Of a stretch of 64,000 nt of DNA, positions 19,140 through 28,479 are shown one piece after another. The position numbers and the translations under genes are program-made. Source of the stretch: an uncultured Dehalococcoidales bacterium (lineage in GTDB: Bacteria > Chloroflexota > Dehalococcoidia > GIF9 > AB-539-J10). The stretch covers positions 154,539-218,538 of the forward strand of contig CAZPGJ010000004.1 of assembly GCA_964586515.1 (NCBI GenBank), in the 5' to 3' direction. A model generated the notes under the pieces. It was not told the origin of the DNA, searched no databases, and saw only the letters and a program-made list of their open reading frames with translations. Numbering within the stretch: the stretch's first letter is position 1; each line of letters starts with the position of its first letter.

Positions 19140-19330
19140 GAGATACACATTCTCTCTCACAATTACGGTACGGCATATTTCCTTTAGCCGAGCAATATAG
19201 TTTTGACCGACCTTTGAAGTGGTAACAACGATGGAACTAGATACCTCCTCCAAGCTGCGCAGAAAATACCAGACGTATTCGTCAACCAAATTGTGTCTGT
19301 CAAAATGGCGGAGATACAAACACGTTTCAT
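19140..19330 (-). pseudogene. Frameshifted, truncated RgpF-type rhamnan synthesis protein N-terminus
   Basis: ATG at 19330 (ATGA overlap with upstream stop) gives MKRVCISA; a one-base shift continues HFDRHNLVDEYVWYFLRSL..VIVRENV, typical of the RgpF N-terminus; homology then ends. Confidence 0.7.
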
Positions 19331-22300
19331 TTGCCTTGATCTTGATATGGCTTCCTCACGAATAGCTCGAAGCCTGCTGCAATCTTTTCCTGCGACGTCT
19401 GGCTCAGCCCAAAGAACATCCGCCATATTTTGGAATGACGCAGCGCCGGCTTGCGCCAAAGGTCAACTAACTCACCGCACGAAGTGGATCGAAACATTTC
19501 AGCTGCGGGCTTACCCATATCTGCTTGCAATGCTGACTGAGCCTCCGAGAGGAGCCAGGAAATTGCATAAGCAGGGTTGAAGTTGTCTGATACTTGGAGG
19601 TCAAGAATTTCAAATGGCTCGAACCACTTTTCAAGCCCATAGCGGGTAACATTGTAAAAATGCCACGGTGCTTCATGCGTGGGCTGAAGAAATGCTGTAT
19701 GGACGAGGGCCTGCCCTCCAGGGCGAAGTACACGATAAATTTCAGAGGCTACACGAAGAGGAGAATGATAGTGCTCAAACGCATTCATAGCTATAACCGC
19801 TGAGAACGTGTTATCGGCAAAAGGTAAAATATGAGCGTCAGCCACTATATCAGTGTGGTGAAAGATTGCCGCTTCAACCTCAACTACATTTTCACATCGG
19901 CATATTGTGCCCCCAGCGCTCAAATTTAATATCCATCCTGGTACGTTTTTTATTAACTCTTGTGCGCGGTGGCTTAGTGGATTACTTATGTGGTCCTGCG
20001 GCATTACTTTAGGAGTCGCAAGTCCGGGGAAAAGAATTGGTCGGCCATGAACGATTGGCCACTCGCGTCCGCTACGAGCAGAACGCAGTGTATTGCCATC
20101 TGCCAGTTCGAGTGGTTCGCAAGTTTCAGGACAGCGCAACAGTGGGATGATTTGGTTAAGACGCCCGACGGCATCCTCACTATTTGTAAACCCACTCTCA
20201 CCAGCCTCCGACCCTGATACTTCCTTGACTACGACAGGGCATATCGTAGGCTGGTTGTCTGGGGCTGGTAAGGGCACCTTAAGCCACGGGTGGCGCTTCT
20301 GTATGTAGGTAACTAAGCGCCGCTTGAACACGGGAACCTCCGTCTCCGTTCTGCACAGAGATGCCTCGTGGACGCGGTAACGCGCCAGTACCTCAGGCAC
20401 ATTCCAACCGAACATCCCGCTCTCAGCGAATTTACACCATAAATCGTAGTCCTCCCACCCGTACACTAGGTCATAGCCACCAACCCTACTCCATGCAGCT
20501 TTTCGAACCAAGGCCATGGCATCAATATAATTCCCACCGGCTAGGCGGGTGACATCAAAGGGTTGGTAGCCCATCATAACACTATCGTCACCAAAACGCT
20601 GGATTTGTGGATATACAAAAGACGCCCCTGTTTCCTTGATGACCTCGAGACAGTGAGCAACGCAGTCGGGTAATAGTTCATTGTCAGGATCCAGCGGCAA
20701 GACAAAGGAAGTTTCCGCCTCGGCAAAACCAACATTGCGTGTAAGGTCCAACCCCGCGTTTGTAGCGTTCTTGACCAGCAATGCGCGGTTGAAACGCTCC
20801 GCATGTTGTTTCAGCCACTTCAGGGCAAGGGCAGGCGAATCATCGGTAGATACATCGTCTACCACAACCACGTCAATATCGGGTATAGTCTGCCTGCGAA
20901 CAGAGTTGAGCGCTTGCGTTATATATTGTCGATAATTGTGGAGCGGAATAACCACCGTTACTTCGGATGGACGAAGCGCATCGTGTTCAAAGACGATTTC
21001 ATGTTGAGGAATAGTGGGAACATTAGTCTTTAATTCGCTAGCACGCAAAATTTCAAGTTGGAAAGCTAGCGCTGCACGCCGCCCCCGATGCAATACCTGT
21101 TCAATCAGAGGGGCCATCAGCTCTATTTGCCGCTCTGGGCCGTACGACCAAAGAACATCATGAAAGGCATTTTGCGCAATTTGCCTTCGCAGCTCGGCAT
21201 CTTTAACCAACCTTGAGAGAGCCTCATACCACTGCTCTTCAGTTTCGGCCAAAAAACCGGTTACCGCGTCACGGATTGCTAACCGAAAAGGCTCCGTCGG
21301 GGACGCGACCGTTGGTACACCAACCAGGGCAGCCTCAAAATACTTTAACTCGCTTTTAGCCTCACAAAACAAATTTGTCACCTCAAGGGGTGCAATGTTA
21401 ATATCAAAGCGTGCCATTTCATCAGGTAGTTGATTCAATGGGACAAACGCCCGCCACTCAATTTGGGACTCTAAGCTAGCTAACTCTGGAAACTCAGAAA
21501 TGGCGAGACATTGTCTATCCCGGTAAAAAAGTACCAGACGAGAGTTAGGGTGCTCCCGCAGGACGCGGGCCACAGCACCCGCTGCTTGCCTAAAATCTCG
21601 TTGGTGGGTACGAGTACCAGCTGCGTAACCGATGCGAATTAGGCCGTCTTCTTTTGTGAGCTTACGTCTCCTGACCGCCATTCTTGAAACCCGCAAGGTC
21701 TCTTCATCAAAGCCGTTGGGTAAAATCCAGGTTGGTTTCCCCATCTGGCGCATATGCTGAGCTAATAAGGGAGTGGGAGCAATGCAATAATCGGCCCGAA
21801 GCAATGCCATCCGAACACGCTCATAGACCTGTTGCACGTGTTTTTCATTGAGTTCCTGGCTGCGTATTCCATCTATCACCTCCCTCGCTGCAAGTTTAGG
21901 CTCGAACATGAGATCATCTACGTCAAATACTATGGCTGCGCCGTGTTGCCGGGCAGCGTCGACTGCCAGAGCAACAGCCCCATCCCATCTGGCGCGCCAA
22001 ATAATCAAGATGTCAGCTCTTGAAATTTCAGGTAAACGAGCAGCAATTTCTTCCACCCTTACGATATTCGTAATTGCCCCCAGCATCTTCGCTGCGGCAG
22101 CATATCGTTCAACACGGTAGATATGACCCGGCTGGTCAGGTTCCCCGGAGATATACGTTATTCGAGGCCGTTCAGGTGCGACAAAAGAACTGGCTCGGGT
22201 TGTCACCTGCGGCCCCCCGAGCTCCTCGATTTTGTCTGAGGAGGGCATGTCATCAGAGTTCCGAATATTGCTTGCCACCCTGCGGGGAAGTCGCTGATGA

Positions 22301-22716
22301 GCATCTTGCAGCCTGTCTGCTATCGTGTTATTAAGTACAGCTGCATCTGTAGCGCGCAGGTGGTAAAGGAACTCTCTGATATTTCTTCTGTTGAGATTTC
22401 TAGCAACCGCTTTGGGTTTGATTACAGCCGTGAGTGCTAATCTTGCCAGAAGCCGCCTTCTTGTGCCTGGAGGTAATATCTTGTTGGCAATGCCATGCAC
22501 CTTGTAGTGTCTGGATGTCCCGGGAACAGCATCTGGTGAGAAGAGTCTGTGTTCCAGCCAGCCTTTTGTTTTTTTCAAGAAGCTCCGCCAGCCTTCATTC
22601 CGGATGACCCTGATGCCCCCCAGCACAAGCTGGCAATAGTAACGCCTTCTGCTGCCCGGGCGTAATAGTTTTCCAATAACTTTTTGATACATACTCGGAG
22701 AAGATTTGTTACTCAT
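19327..22716 (-). CDS. Multidomain glycan enzyme: NEGW module + GT4-like + GT2 + Trm112-like knuckle + methyltransferase
   Basis: FDVDDLMF / KSELKYFEAA; VVIPLHNY..VVDDVSTD..PLDPDN; LRCPETCEPL; DIVADAHILPF..NAFEH. Confidence 0.85.
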   Translation of the reverse strand: MSNKSSPSMYQKVIGKLLRPGSRRRYYCQLVLGGIRVIRNEGWRSFLKKTKGWLEHRLFSPDAVPGTSRHYKVHGIANKILPPGTRRRLLARLALTAVIKPKAVARNLNRRNIREFLYHLRATDAAVLNNTIADRLQDAHQRLPRRVASNIRNSDDMPSSDKIEELGGPQVTTRASSFVAPERPRITYISGEPDQPGHIYRVERYAAAAKMLGAITNIVRVEEIAARLPEISRADILIIWRARWDGAVALAVDAARQHGAAIVFDVDDLMFEPKLAAREVIDGIRSQELNEKHVQQVYERVRMALLRADYCIAPTPLLAQHMRQMGKPTWILPNGFDEETLRVSRMAVRRRKLTKEDGLIRIGYAAGTRTHQRDFRQAAGAVARVLREHPNSRLVLFYRDRQCLAISEFPELASLESQIEWRAFVPLNQLPDEMARFDINIAPLEVTNLFCEAKSELKYFEAALVGVPTVASPTEPFRLAIRDAVTGFLAETEEQWYEALSRLVKDAELRRQIAQNAFHDVLWSYGPERQIELMAPLIEQVLHRGRRAALAFQLEILRASELKTNVPTIPQHEIVFEHDALRPSEVTVVIPLHNYRQYITQALNSVRRQTIPDIDVVVVDDVSTDDSPALALKWLKQHAERFNRALLVKNATNAGLDLTRNVGFAEAETSFVLPLDPDNELLPDCVAHCLEVIKETGASFVYPQIQRFGDDSVMMGYQPFDVTRLAGGNYIDAMALVRKAAWSRVGGYDLVYGWEDYDLWCKFAESGMFGWNVPEVLARYRVHEASLCRTETEVPVFKRRLVTYIQKRHPWLKVPLPAPDNQPTICPVVVKEVSGSEAGESGFTNSEDAVGRLNQIIPLLRCPETCEPLELADGNTLRSARSGREWPIVHGRPILFPGLATPKVMPQDHISNPLSHRAQELIKNVPGWILNLSAGGTICRCENVVEVEAAIFHHTDIVADAHILPFADNTFSAVIAMNAFEHYHSPLRVASEIYRVLRPGGQALVHTAFLQPTHEAPWHFYNVTRYGLEKWFEPFEILDLQVSDNFNPAYAISWLLSEAQSALQADMGKPAAEMFRSTSCGELVDLWRKPALRHSKIWRMFFGLSQTSQEKIAAGFELFVRKPYQDQGK

Positions 22717-22718
22717 GG

Positions 22719-23816
22719 TTACTTACTTGCCCTGCCTTTCCTTCGAAGATGTGCCGCCACTTCTCTGAAGAAGCTTTTCCAGCCTTCGTTCAAGATTACC
22801 CTGATGCCACTGAGCCCCAGTTCGTAGAAACGGCGGCGGCGAGTGCCCGAGCGCAGCAGTTTTTCGGTGACTTTCTGGTAGCGGTTCACGAGCTGCATAG
22901 GTATGCTTTGTTGAATCTGGTGTAGCTGGGATTCCAGGCTGTGTATCTGAGATTCCAGGCCATTTATCTGGGAGGCTTTCTCCCGACGGCTCGCCTCGAG
23001 GGAAATTATCCTGGAGTCCCTGGCCCGTAGGGTGCTATTAAGCTCACTAGTCTGCCTTTCGTAGTCTTTCACAAGGCTATCAGAGACATCGACAAGCCAG
23101 CTATTTACATTGACGACCTGTGGCTCGAAATTAGCATCCGAAGCTAGGCCCACGATATACCAAGGTCTTTTCTTATTAGTTCCCGTGAAATAAAATTCCT
23201 TGTCTCTCTTGTCTGTTACAAACTCCCTGTGGCTGGAGTGTTTGTCGGATGAAATGTTCCAGAGGTTTGACCCGGAATAGACCTTCTGCCCCAGCAGGTG
23301 TACATTCCTGAAGTATGTCCCCAATAGTTGCTCGAATTGACTATGGTACAATTCTTTTACATGAAAGGAACTGGTCAAGCCAAGTTCGTCTGTGAGGACC
23401 TTTTTATTCGGTGTTGAGACAATAAATAAACCGTCGTCCTTTAGCAGCCTCTTGACTTCAGACAAAAGCTTGTCGTGTTCCTCTACATGCTCAATGCCTT
23501 CAAAGCAGACAGCCACATCGAACTTCTTCTCGCCTTCAATAGGTACAGCGAGTATGGAGCCTTGTATAAACTCCAGATTGTCTTTTATGTATCTGCCCCT
23601 GGCGTGTTGTACAGTTGGTTTGTCGATTTCCACGCCGGTGACGTGTTCGGCTTCTCTGGCTAACATGTATGTGCCATAGCCCTCGCCGCAGGCAAGGTCC
23701 AATACTTTTTTGCCCTTTACAAAGTGAGAAGCAAAGGCGTACCTGTGAAGGTGCTCATACTGAAGCCGGGTCTCCTCAATCCAAGGCAAAAACCTCTCGC
23801 CCGTGTATTCAAGCAT
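22719..23816 (-). CDS. Methyltransferase + coiled coil + C-terminal NEGW module (WbdD-like layout)
   Basis: YTGERFLP, HLHRY, VLDLACGEGYG, FEGIEH; heptads LESQIHS-LESQLHQ; MQLVNRYQKV..NEGWKSFF. Confidence 0.85.
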   Translation of the reverse strand: MLEYTGERFLPWIEETRLQYEHLHRYAFASHFVKGKKVLDLACGEGYGTYMLAREAEHVTGVEIDKPTVQHARGRYIKDNLEFIQGSILAVPIEGEKKFDVAVCFEGIEHVEEHDKLLSEVKRLLKDDGLFIVSTPNKKVLTDELGLTSSFHVKELYHSQFEQLLGTYFRNVHLLGQKVYSGSNLWNISSDKHSSHREFVTDKRDKEFYFTGTNKKRPWYIVGLASDANFEPQVVNVNSWLVDVSDSLVKDYERQTSELNSTLRARDSRIISLEASRREKASQINGLESQIHSLESQLHQIQQSIPMQLVNRYQKVTEKLLRSGTRRRRFYELGLSGIRVILNEGWKSFFREVAAHLRRKGRASK

Positions 23817-23821
23817 TGCGG

Positions 23822-24559
23822 CTATTTTCCTTGCAGCATTGCCAGATAGTGATTTATTACACTCTCAGTATCACCCATGGTGACAATCTGGCCTTCGTTC
23901 AATAGTATCGACCGGTCGCACAGCTTCTTCACGGACTCCAGGGCATGTGAGACAAAGACTATGGTCCTGCCGTCGGTTTTGAACTGGTTCATCTTGTCCG
24001 CGCACTTTTTCTGGAAGGCTTCATCGCCCACGGCAAAGACTTCGTCTATGAGGAGGGTGTCAGGGGTGGCGTTGATGGCGGTGGAGAAAGCCAGCCGCAG
24101 GAACATGCCGGAGGAAAAGTTCTTCAGCTTCATATTTTCGAATTTCTTGAGCTCGGCGAAGTCGAAGATGTTGTCATAAGCCTTGTCCACCTGTTTTCGC
24201 CCCAGGCCGAGGATGGAGGAGTAGATATAAACGTTTTCGCTGGCAGTTAACTCGGGTTGAAAGCCAACGCCCAATTCCAGGAAGGAAGCAACCTTGCCGT
24301 TCATGCTGACCGAGCCACTGTTAGGGTACAGGACCTTTGCCAGTATTTTGAGCAGTGTGCTCTTTCCCGAGCCGTTCCTGCCGATTATGCCCAGCGCTTC
24401 GCCCTTGTTGACCTCGAAGCTGACGTTCTTTAGCGCCCAGAACTCTTCGTAGCTGAACTGCCTCTTGATAAGGCCGACTACGTTCTGGAAGACCGTGGTC
24501 TTCTTTTCGTGGGGGATGCGAAATCTCTTGGAGACGTTGTCTACGACTATGGCGCTCAT
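23822..24559 (-). CDS. wzt: Polysaccharide ABC transporter ATPase, without C-terminal carbohydrate-binding domain
   Basis: FWALKNVSF, GRNGSGKST, FSSGMFLRLAF, IDEVFAVGD; 245 aa. Confidence 0.92.
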   Translation of the reverse strand: MSAIVVDNVSKRFRIPHEKKTTVFQNVVGLIKRQFSYEEFWALKNVSFEVNKGEALGIIGRNGSGKSTLLKILAKVLYPNSGSVSMNGKVASFLELGVGFQPELTASENVYIYSSILGLGRKQVDKAYDNIFDFAELKKFENMKLKNFSSGMFLRLAFSTAINATPDTLLIDEVFAVGDEAFQKKCADKMNQFKTDGRTIVFVSHALESVKKLCDRSILLNEGQIVTMGDTESVINHYLAMLQGK

Positions 24560-24567
24560 TAGTCTAT

Positions 24568-24735
24568 TTCACCCTCACCTTAATCCTCTCCCGTCCAGGG
24601 CGAGGAGAAATGGTTGGCAGTCCTCTCCCATCGAGGGAGAGGAAAGATAGTCGGCAATTCTCTCCCACCAGGGGAAAAGCAGATTGCCATGTCCCGAGAT
24701 CCCTCGCTTCAGCTCGGGACGACTCGCGATGACGG
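24568..24735. repeat. Repeat cluster between wzm and wzt (CCCTCACC..CCTCTCCC family plus GTCA/TGAC right half)
   Basis: CCCTCACCTTAATCCTCTCCC, CCTCTCCC-ATCGA-GGGAGAGG, and GATTGCC..GTCCCGA..TCGGGAC..CTCGCGATGAC. Confidence 0.75.
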
Positions 24736-24763
24736 CCAAGGCCGTTGTCCACAATTATGGCGC

Positions 24764-25519
24764 TCATGCCAGCTCCTCGGCAAACCGGCGGTGTAATCTG
24801 CCGAAAACGAGGCTGCCCACGAGAAAGGCGGCGGCGGCGAAACCAACGACGACCACAACGCTATACGGTGAGGGCAAAGTCCCGGCGACCATTACATCGC
24901 GGTACATAGTTATGAACTGAGTTACCGGATTAAGCGTGTAATAGGGTAATAGAGAAGCAGGAACTATGCTAATGGGATAGAAGATGGGTGAGCAGAAGAA
25001 GAGGACCTGGAGCAGGACTTGCCATATCTGGTTCAGGTCACGGAAGTAGACATAAAGAGAGGACAAGAGCAGCCCGGCGCCGTAAATGAACCAGAAGAAG
25101 GGTATGTAAATCAGGAGGAACAGCGGCGTCGTGACGGGCAAATGTCCGAGCACGACGACTATTATGAGCAGCAAGACCACAAACGTGAGCAGGGAATTTA
25201 TCAGACCGGACAGGACATCGCTCAGCACCAGTATCTGACGCGGTATGTAGACCCTGGTTACCAGGCTGGCCTTGCCGACGATGGCCTGGAGGCCGGAGTT
25301 GGTGCCGGTGGCGAAGAAATTCCAGGCCATTATGCCCACCAGCAGGTTTATGGCGAAATTCTGCTCTTGGCCGTACAGGTGTCTGAAGACGAAGTACAGG
25401 ACGCCTGCCATCAGAAGCGGGCTGAGCAGAGACCAGAAAAAACCAAGGGCGGTATTCTGGTAGCGGTTCTTGAGGTCAACGGTGGTCAGGTTCCAGATTA
25501 GCTCTCGGTATTGCAACAT
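24764..25519 (-). CDS. wzm: Polysaccharide ABC transporter permease
   Basis: DLKNRYQNTALGFFWSLLSPL, YFRDL, PIFYP, LNPV. Confidence 0.92.
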   Translation of the reverse strand: MLQYRELIWNLTTVDLKNRYQNTALGFFWSLLSPLLMAGVLYFVFRHLYGQEQNFAINLLVGIMAWNFFATGTNSGLQAIVGKASLVTRVYIPRQILVLSDVLSGLINSLLTFVVLLLIIVVVLGHLPVTTPLFLLIYIPFFWFIYGAGLLLSSLYVYFRDLNQIWQVLLQVLFFCSPIFYPISIVPASLLPYYTLNPVTQFITMYRDVMVAGTLPSPYSVVVVVGFAAAAFLVGSLVFGRLHRRFAEELA

Positions 25520-25532
25520 CTTTACGGTTTAC

Positions 25533-25561
25533 ATTATAGCAAGTAATGGACTTTATGTCAC
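25533..25561 (-). promoter_or_regulatory. Sigma70-type promoter for the wzm-wzt-GT operon
   Basis: Minus strand GTGACA-17 nt-TATAAT with TG extension, ending 13 nt before the wzm ATG (near-leaderless). Confidence 0.6.
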
Positions 25562-25831
25562 TTTTGGCATACTGCCCTTCTAGCCGTCAACATGGGACGG
25601 CCCTTCAGGTGCTCTGGGCGTCCCGCTGGCATCTCTTGGTGCACCGAAGCTTATGGAAACCTTCCCGTAGGTCCGACGTCGCGTCCTTTGACGCACCCGA
25701 AGCTAAAGAGGCGAAGCAAAAAGACAACAATTTGCCTGAAGAAAGACGTCCAAACTTGAGGCTGCGAGTTGGACAACCCCAACAGCCACCGGTAAGGGCG
25801 CCGGTGATAATCGAAGAAATTGCTTAACCTC

Positions 25832-26407
25832 TCAATCACAGGGAGGAGTCATTCCTGAGCCCGGCTTCTTCGAGCTTCCATCGCCCCCTGCTAGACCTGC
25901 AAAGTCTTGTGGGCGACCTCTGAATCCGTTGTCTTCTTTCGAATCTTCTTGTTTAAAACGCAGTGACCAACAAAATCCCAAATTGTCAAAAGCCGAGCCC
26001 GCGCTATCTAGAACTTCCGGAGTATCGTAGAAATAGATTTTAGGTACACAACATCTGATAGAAGCGTCGGTTTCTATGGTATTCACCAGCTTAGAGATGC
26101 GTGTTGATTCCACAACTGTATCACTATTAAGCAGGAAGATGAAGTCTCCGTCTGCCAGTTGCACGCCTCTATTATTCCCTTCTGCGAAGCCGTAATTCTT
26201 ATCCAGTGCAAGTATATGGACCCAAGGGAAGGTGTTCTCTACATATTCTACAGACCCGTCTTGGGAAGCATTATCAACAAATACTATTTCGAATCTGTCT
26301 CGGGGATAATCTGAGTTTTCTAAGGAAGCAAAACATTCTCCCAAGAAACGCTTGCCATTGTAATTGACCACGATGGTGCTTACAAAGGGAAGGTTATTGT
26401 TATTCAC
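25832..26407 (-). pseudogene. C-terminally truncated GT2 glycosyltransferase
   Basis: IVVNYNG, VDNASQDGS, NYGFAEGNN, LLNSDT; similarity to neighbour 26459..27430 stops after GFCWSL and the frame ends in repeat-like DNA. Confidence 0.75.
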
Positions 26408-26458
26408 AGGTCCTCCCGACGGCCTGTTCTTACCATCTTGAGTTCACGCATGGCAGCA

Positions 26459-27430
26459 TTACCTCGCAATGTGCAGTAGTTGAGCCCACTCCAGATTCCA
26501 ATTCAGCCTTCGAAGCAAGGCGAAGTCGGAAATCTTTCTTAATAGCTGGTACTGGTCTCGCCGCTGCTTTATATTGCTCCACTCTCGCCACAGGGAAGCC
26601 AGGGCATCAAATTTGGCCCTGATATATGACCGGCCCTTGGCCAGACTATAGATTATTATCATGAGCTCTATTACCAGGAGTATGGGCAGGCAAGCTAGTA
26701 AGGTTAGAGGTTTTAACGTGCTCAATAGCAGAATGTGCCGATTTTTCTCGAGGCGAAATAGTTTCTCAGGGTCCATCTTCAGGCGGTATTTGTGAAAGAC
26801 TGTTGATTCGGGCAGGCAGTATATCTCATGACCCATCAAACGCAGGAGCCAGGAGACGATGACATCGTCGTTCCCCATAAAGCACCACCCGGGTGCGCCA
26901 CCCATCTGTTCGAGCAACTGGCGCCTAATTAGATAGGAGCAACCGCTGACCCCAGGCACGTTCTCAGGGATGACTGAATTATCATCCTCCCTGCCTAGAC
27001 TGCGGCAAAAGCCCAGGCCAGTGATATGAATATTCAACCCCAGGGCGTTGATTTTAGTCCGGTCATTAAAAAGCAAAACCTTAGGCGTTACGGCTCCTGC
27101 CTGCGGGTTCTTATCTAAAAAAGCTACCATAGCACTTAGCCAGTTGGGAGCAACTTCGGTGTCTATGTTGAGTGGCGCAATATAGTCACCAGTAGCATAA
27201 GCTAAGCCAGCATTAATACCACCAGCATAACCTAAATTTTTATCGTTAACAACAAATGTCAAGTCAGGGAACTTGCCTCGAGCGTACTCTAAGCTGCCAT
27301 CGCTGGAATTGTTGTCAACGAAAATAACCTCGAAATTCTTATAGCTTTGTTTCAAGACTGACGAAATGCAAGCATCAAGATGCGACATCCCATTGTAATT
27401 TACTAAAATCACCGACGCTTTCTTTGCCAT
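26459..27430 (-). CDS. GT2 glycosyltransferase (rhamnosyltransferase-like)
   Basis: VILVNYNG, VDNNSSDGS, NLGYAGGIN, LNIDTE. Confidence 0.88.
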   Translation of the reverse strand: MAKKASVILVNYNGMSHLDACISSVLKQSYKNFEVIFVDNNSSDGSLEYARGKFPDLTFVVNDKNLGYAGGINAGLAYATGDYIAPLNIDTEVAPNWLSAMVAFLDKNPQAGAVTPKVLLFNDRTKINALGLNIHITGLGFCRSLGREDDNSVIPENVPGVSGCSYLIRRQLLEQMGGAPGWCFMGNDDVIVSWLLRLMGHEIYCLPESTVFHKYRLKMDPEKLFRLEKNRHILLLSTLKPLTLLACLPILLVIELMIIIYSLAKGRSYIRAKFDALASLWREWSNIKQRRDQYQLLRKISDFALLRRLNWNLEWAQLLHIAR

Positions 27431-27543
27431 AGCCTCCTTCAGACAGAACGCATACTAGCTGACTCCCTTTACAGTATTCAACGTCAGACGCTCTTGAGAA
27501 CTGGTCAATAGTCTAGAGTCGGGAGTTAGATTAGTCAAGGCAC

Positions 27544-27615
27544 TGAGTTCGTCGAGTTTATTGAGTTTGTTGAGTTCATTGGGTTCACTGAGTTTATTGG
27601 GTTTGTTGAGATGGC
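27544..27615. repeat. Degenerate 9-nt tandem repeat (about 8 units, consensus TGAGTTTRT)
   Basis: TGAGTTCGT CGAGTTTAT TGAGTTTGT TGAGTTCAT TGGGTTCAC TGAGTTTAT TGGGTTTGT TGAGATGGC. Confidence 0.8.
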
Positions 27616-27655
27616 TAGATTGCTACGCCCTTCTAGCGAAGGGCTCGCAATGACA
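27602..27655. repeat. 54-bp direct repeat, left copy (REP right half)
   Basis: Matches 28480..28533 with one mismatch. Confidence 0.9.
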
Positions 27656-27796
27656 AAGTAGGGCTACAATTGCGTGAGAAAGGGGATGGGACCGAGGCCC
27701 GGATCTCTACAAATACCAGGGAGCAGCACTTGGTGGGCATCGCGCTACATGAATTGAACTTTCATCGTGATGCTCGATAACCCACTCCATATCTGA

Positions 27797-27825
27797 TTGA
27801 CCTTACACAGGAAGAGAGCTATAAT
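27797..27825 (+). promoter_or_regulatory. Sigma70-type promoter of the RHH-MazF pair
   Basis: TTGACC-17 nt-TATAAT. Confidence 0.7.
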
Positions 27826-27854
27826 GATTGTGGAATGAAATGTGGAGGAATTCG

Positions 27855-28106
27855 ATGGTTAAGAAAGTGATACAGGTTCCGGTTGATGAAGAGTTGCTTA
27901 TTGCACTGGATCAAACGTCCAGGAAGCAAAATAAAGCCAGGGCAGAGTTGATTCGTGAAGCCTGTCAGCATTATCTGGAGCAAGTGGAATCTGAAGAACT
28001 AGATCAGTTATATCAGCAAGGGTATGAGAGGTTGCCCGAGGAATCGGAGTTGGGAGAGGCCCAGATAGCTCTGGCTGGTGAGATTTTGTCCGGGGAGTCG
28101 TGGTAA
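27855..28106 (+). CDS. Ribbon-helix-helix (CopG-like) antitoxin
   Basis: VIQVPVDEELLIALDQ..RAELIREACQHYL; GGAGG RBS before ATG 27855. Confidence 0.8.
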   Translation: MVKKVIQVPVDEELLIALDQTSRKQNKARAELIREACQHYLEQVESEELDQLYQQGYERLPEESELGEAQIALAGEILSGESW

Positions 28107-28424
28107 GTGCGCCGAGGCGAGGTGTGGTGGGCTGAGCTACCACCACCTGTTGGCAGACGGCCAGTAGTCTTACTGTCGAGGGATATTGCATACCGAGTGA
28201 GAACTTCGATTACTGTCGGTATAGTCACACGTATTGCCCGTAACATCCCAGTCGAGGTGCCACTTGGCACAGAAGATGGGATGCCTCAGCAGTGTGTGGT
28301 AAACTTGGATGGCATCCTCACCATTCCTAAAGCCAGGCTGGCTGAGCGAATTACCACCCTTTCACCTCAGAAGATGACAGCTGTTGCTAGGGCGATTATT
28401 TTCGCTCTTGACTTGAAAGTCTAA
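28107..28424 (+). CDS. mazF: PemK/MazF family toxin
   Basis: MRRGEVWWAELPPPVGRRPVVLLSRD, CVVNLD. Confidence 0.88.
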   Translation: MRRGEVWWAELPPPVGRRPVVLLSRDIAYRVRTSITVGIVTRIARNIPVEVPLGTEDGMPQQCVVNLDGILTIPKARLAERITTLSPQKMTAVARAIIFALDLKV

Positions 28425-28479
28425 GTCGGGGAAACGATTTTGGCATGCTTACCTTCAATTTTGACTTTTGGTCATTGAT

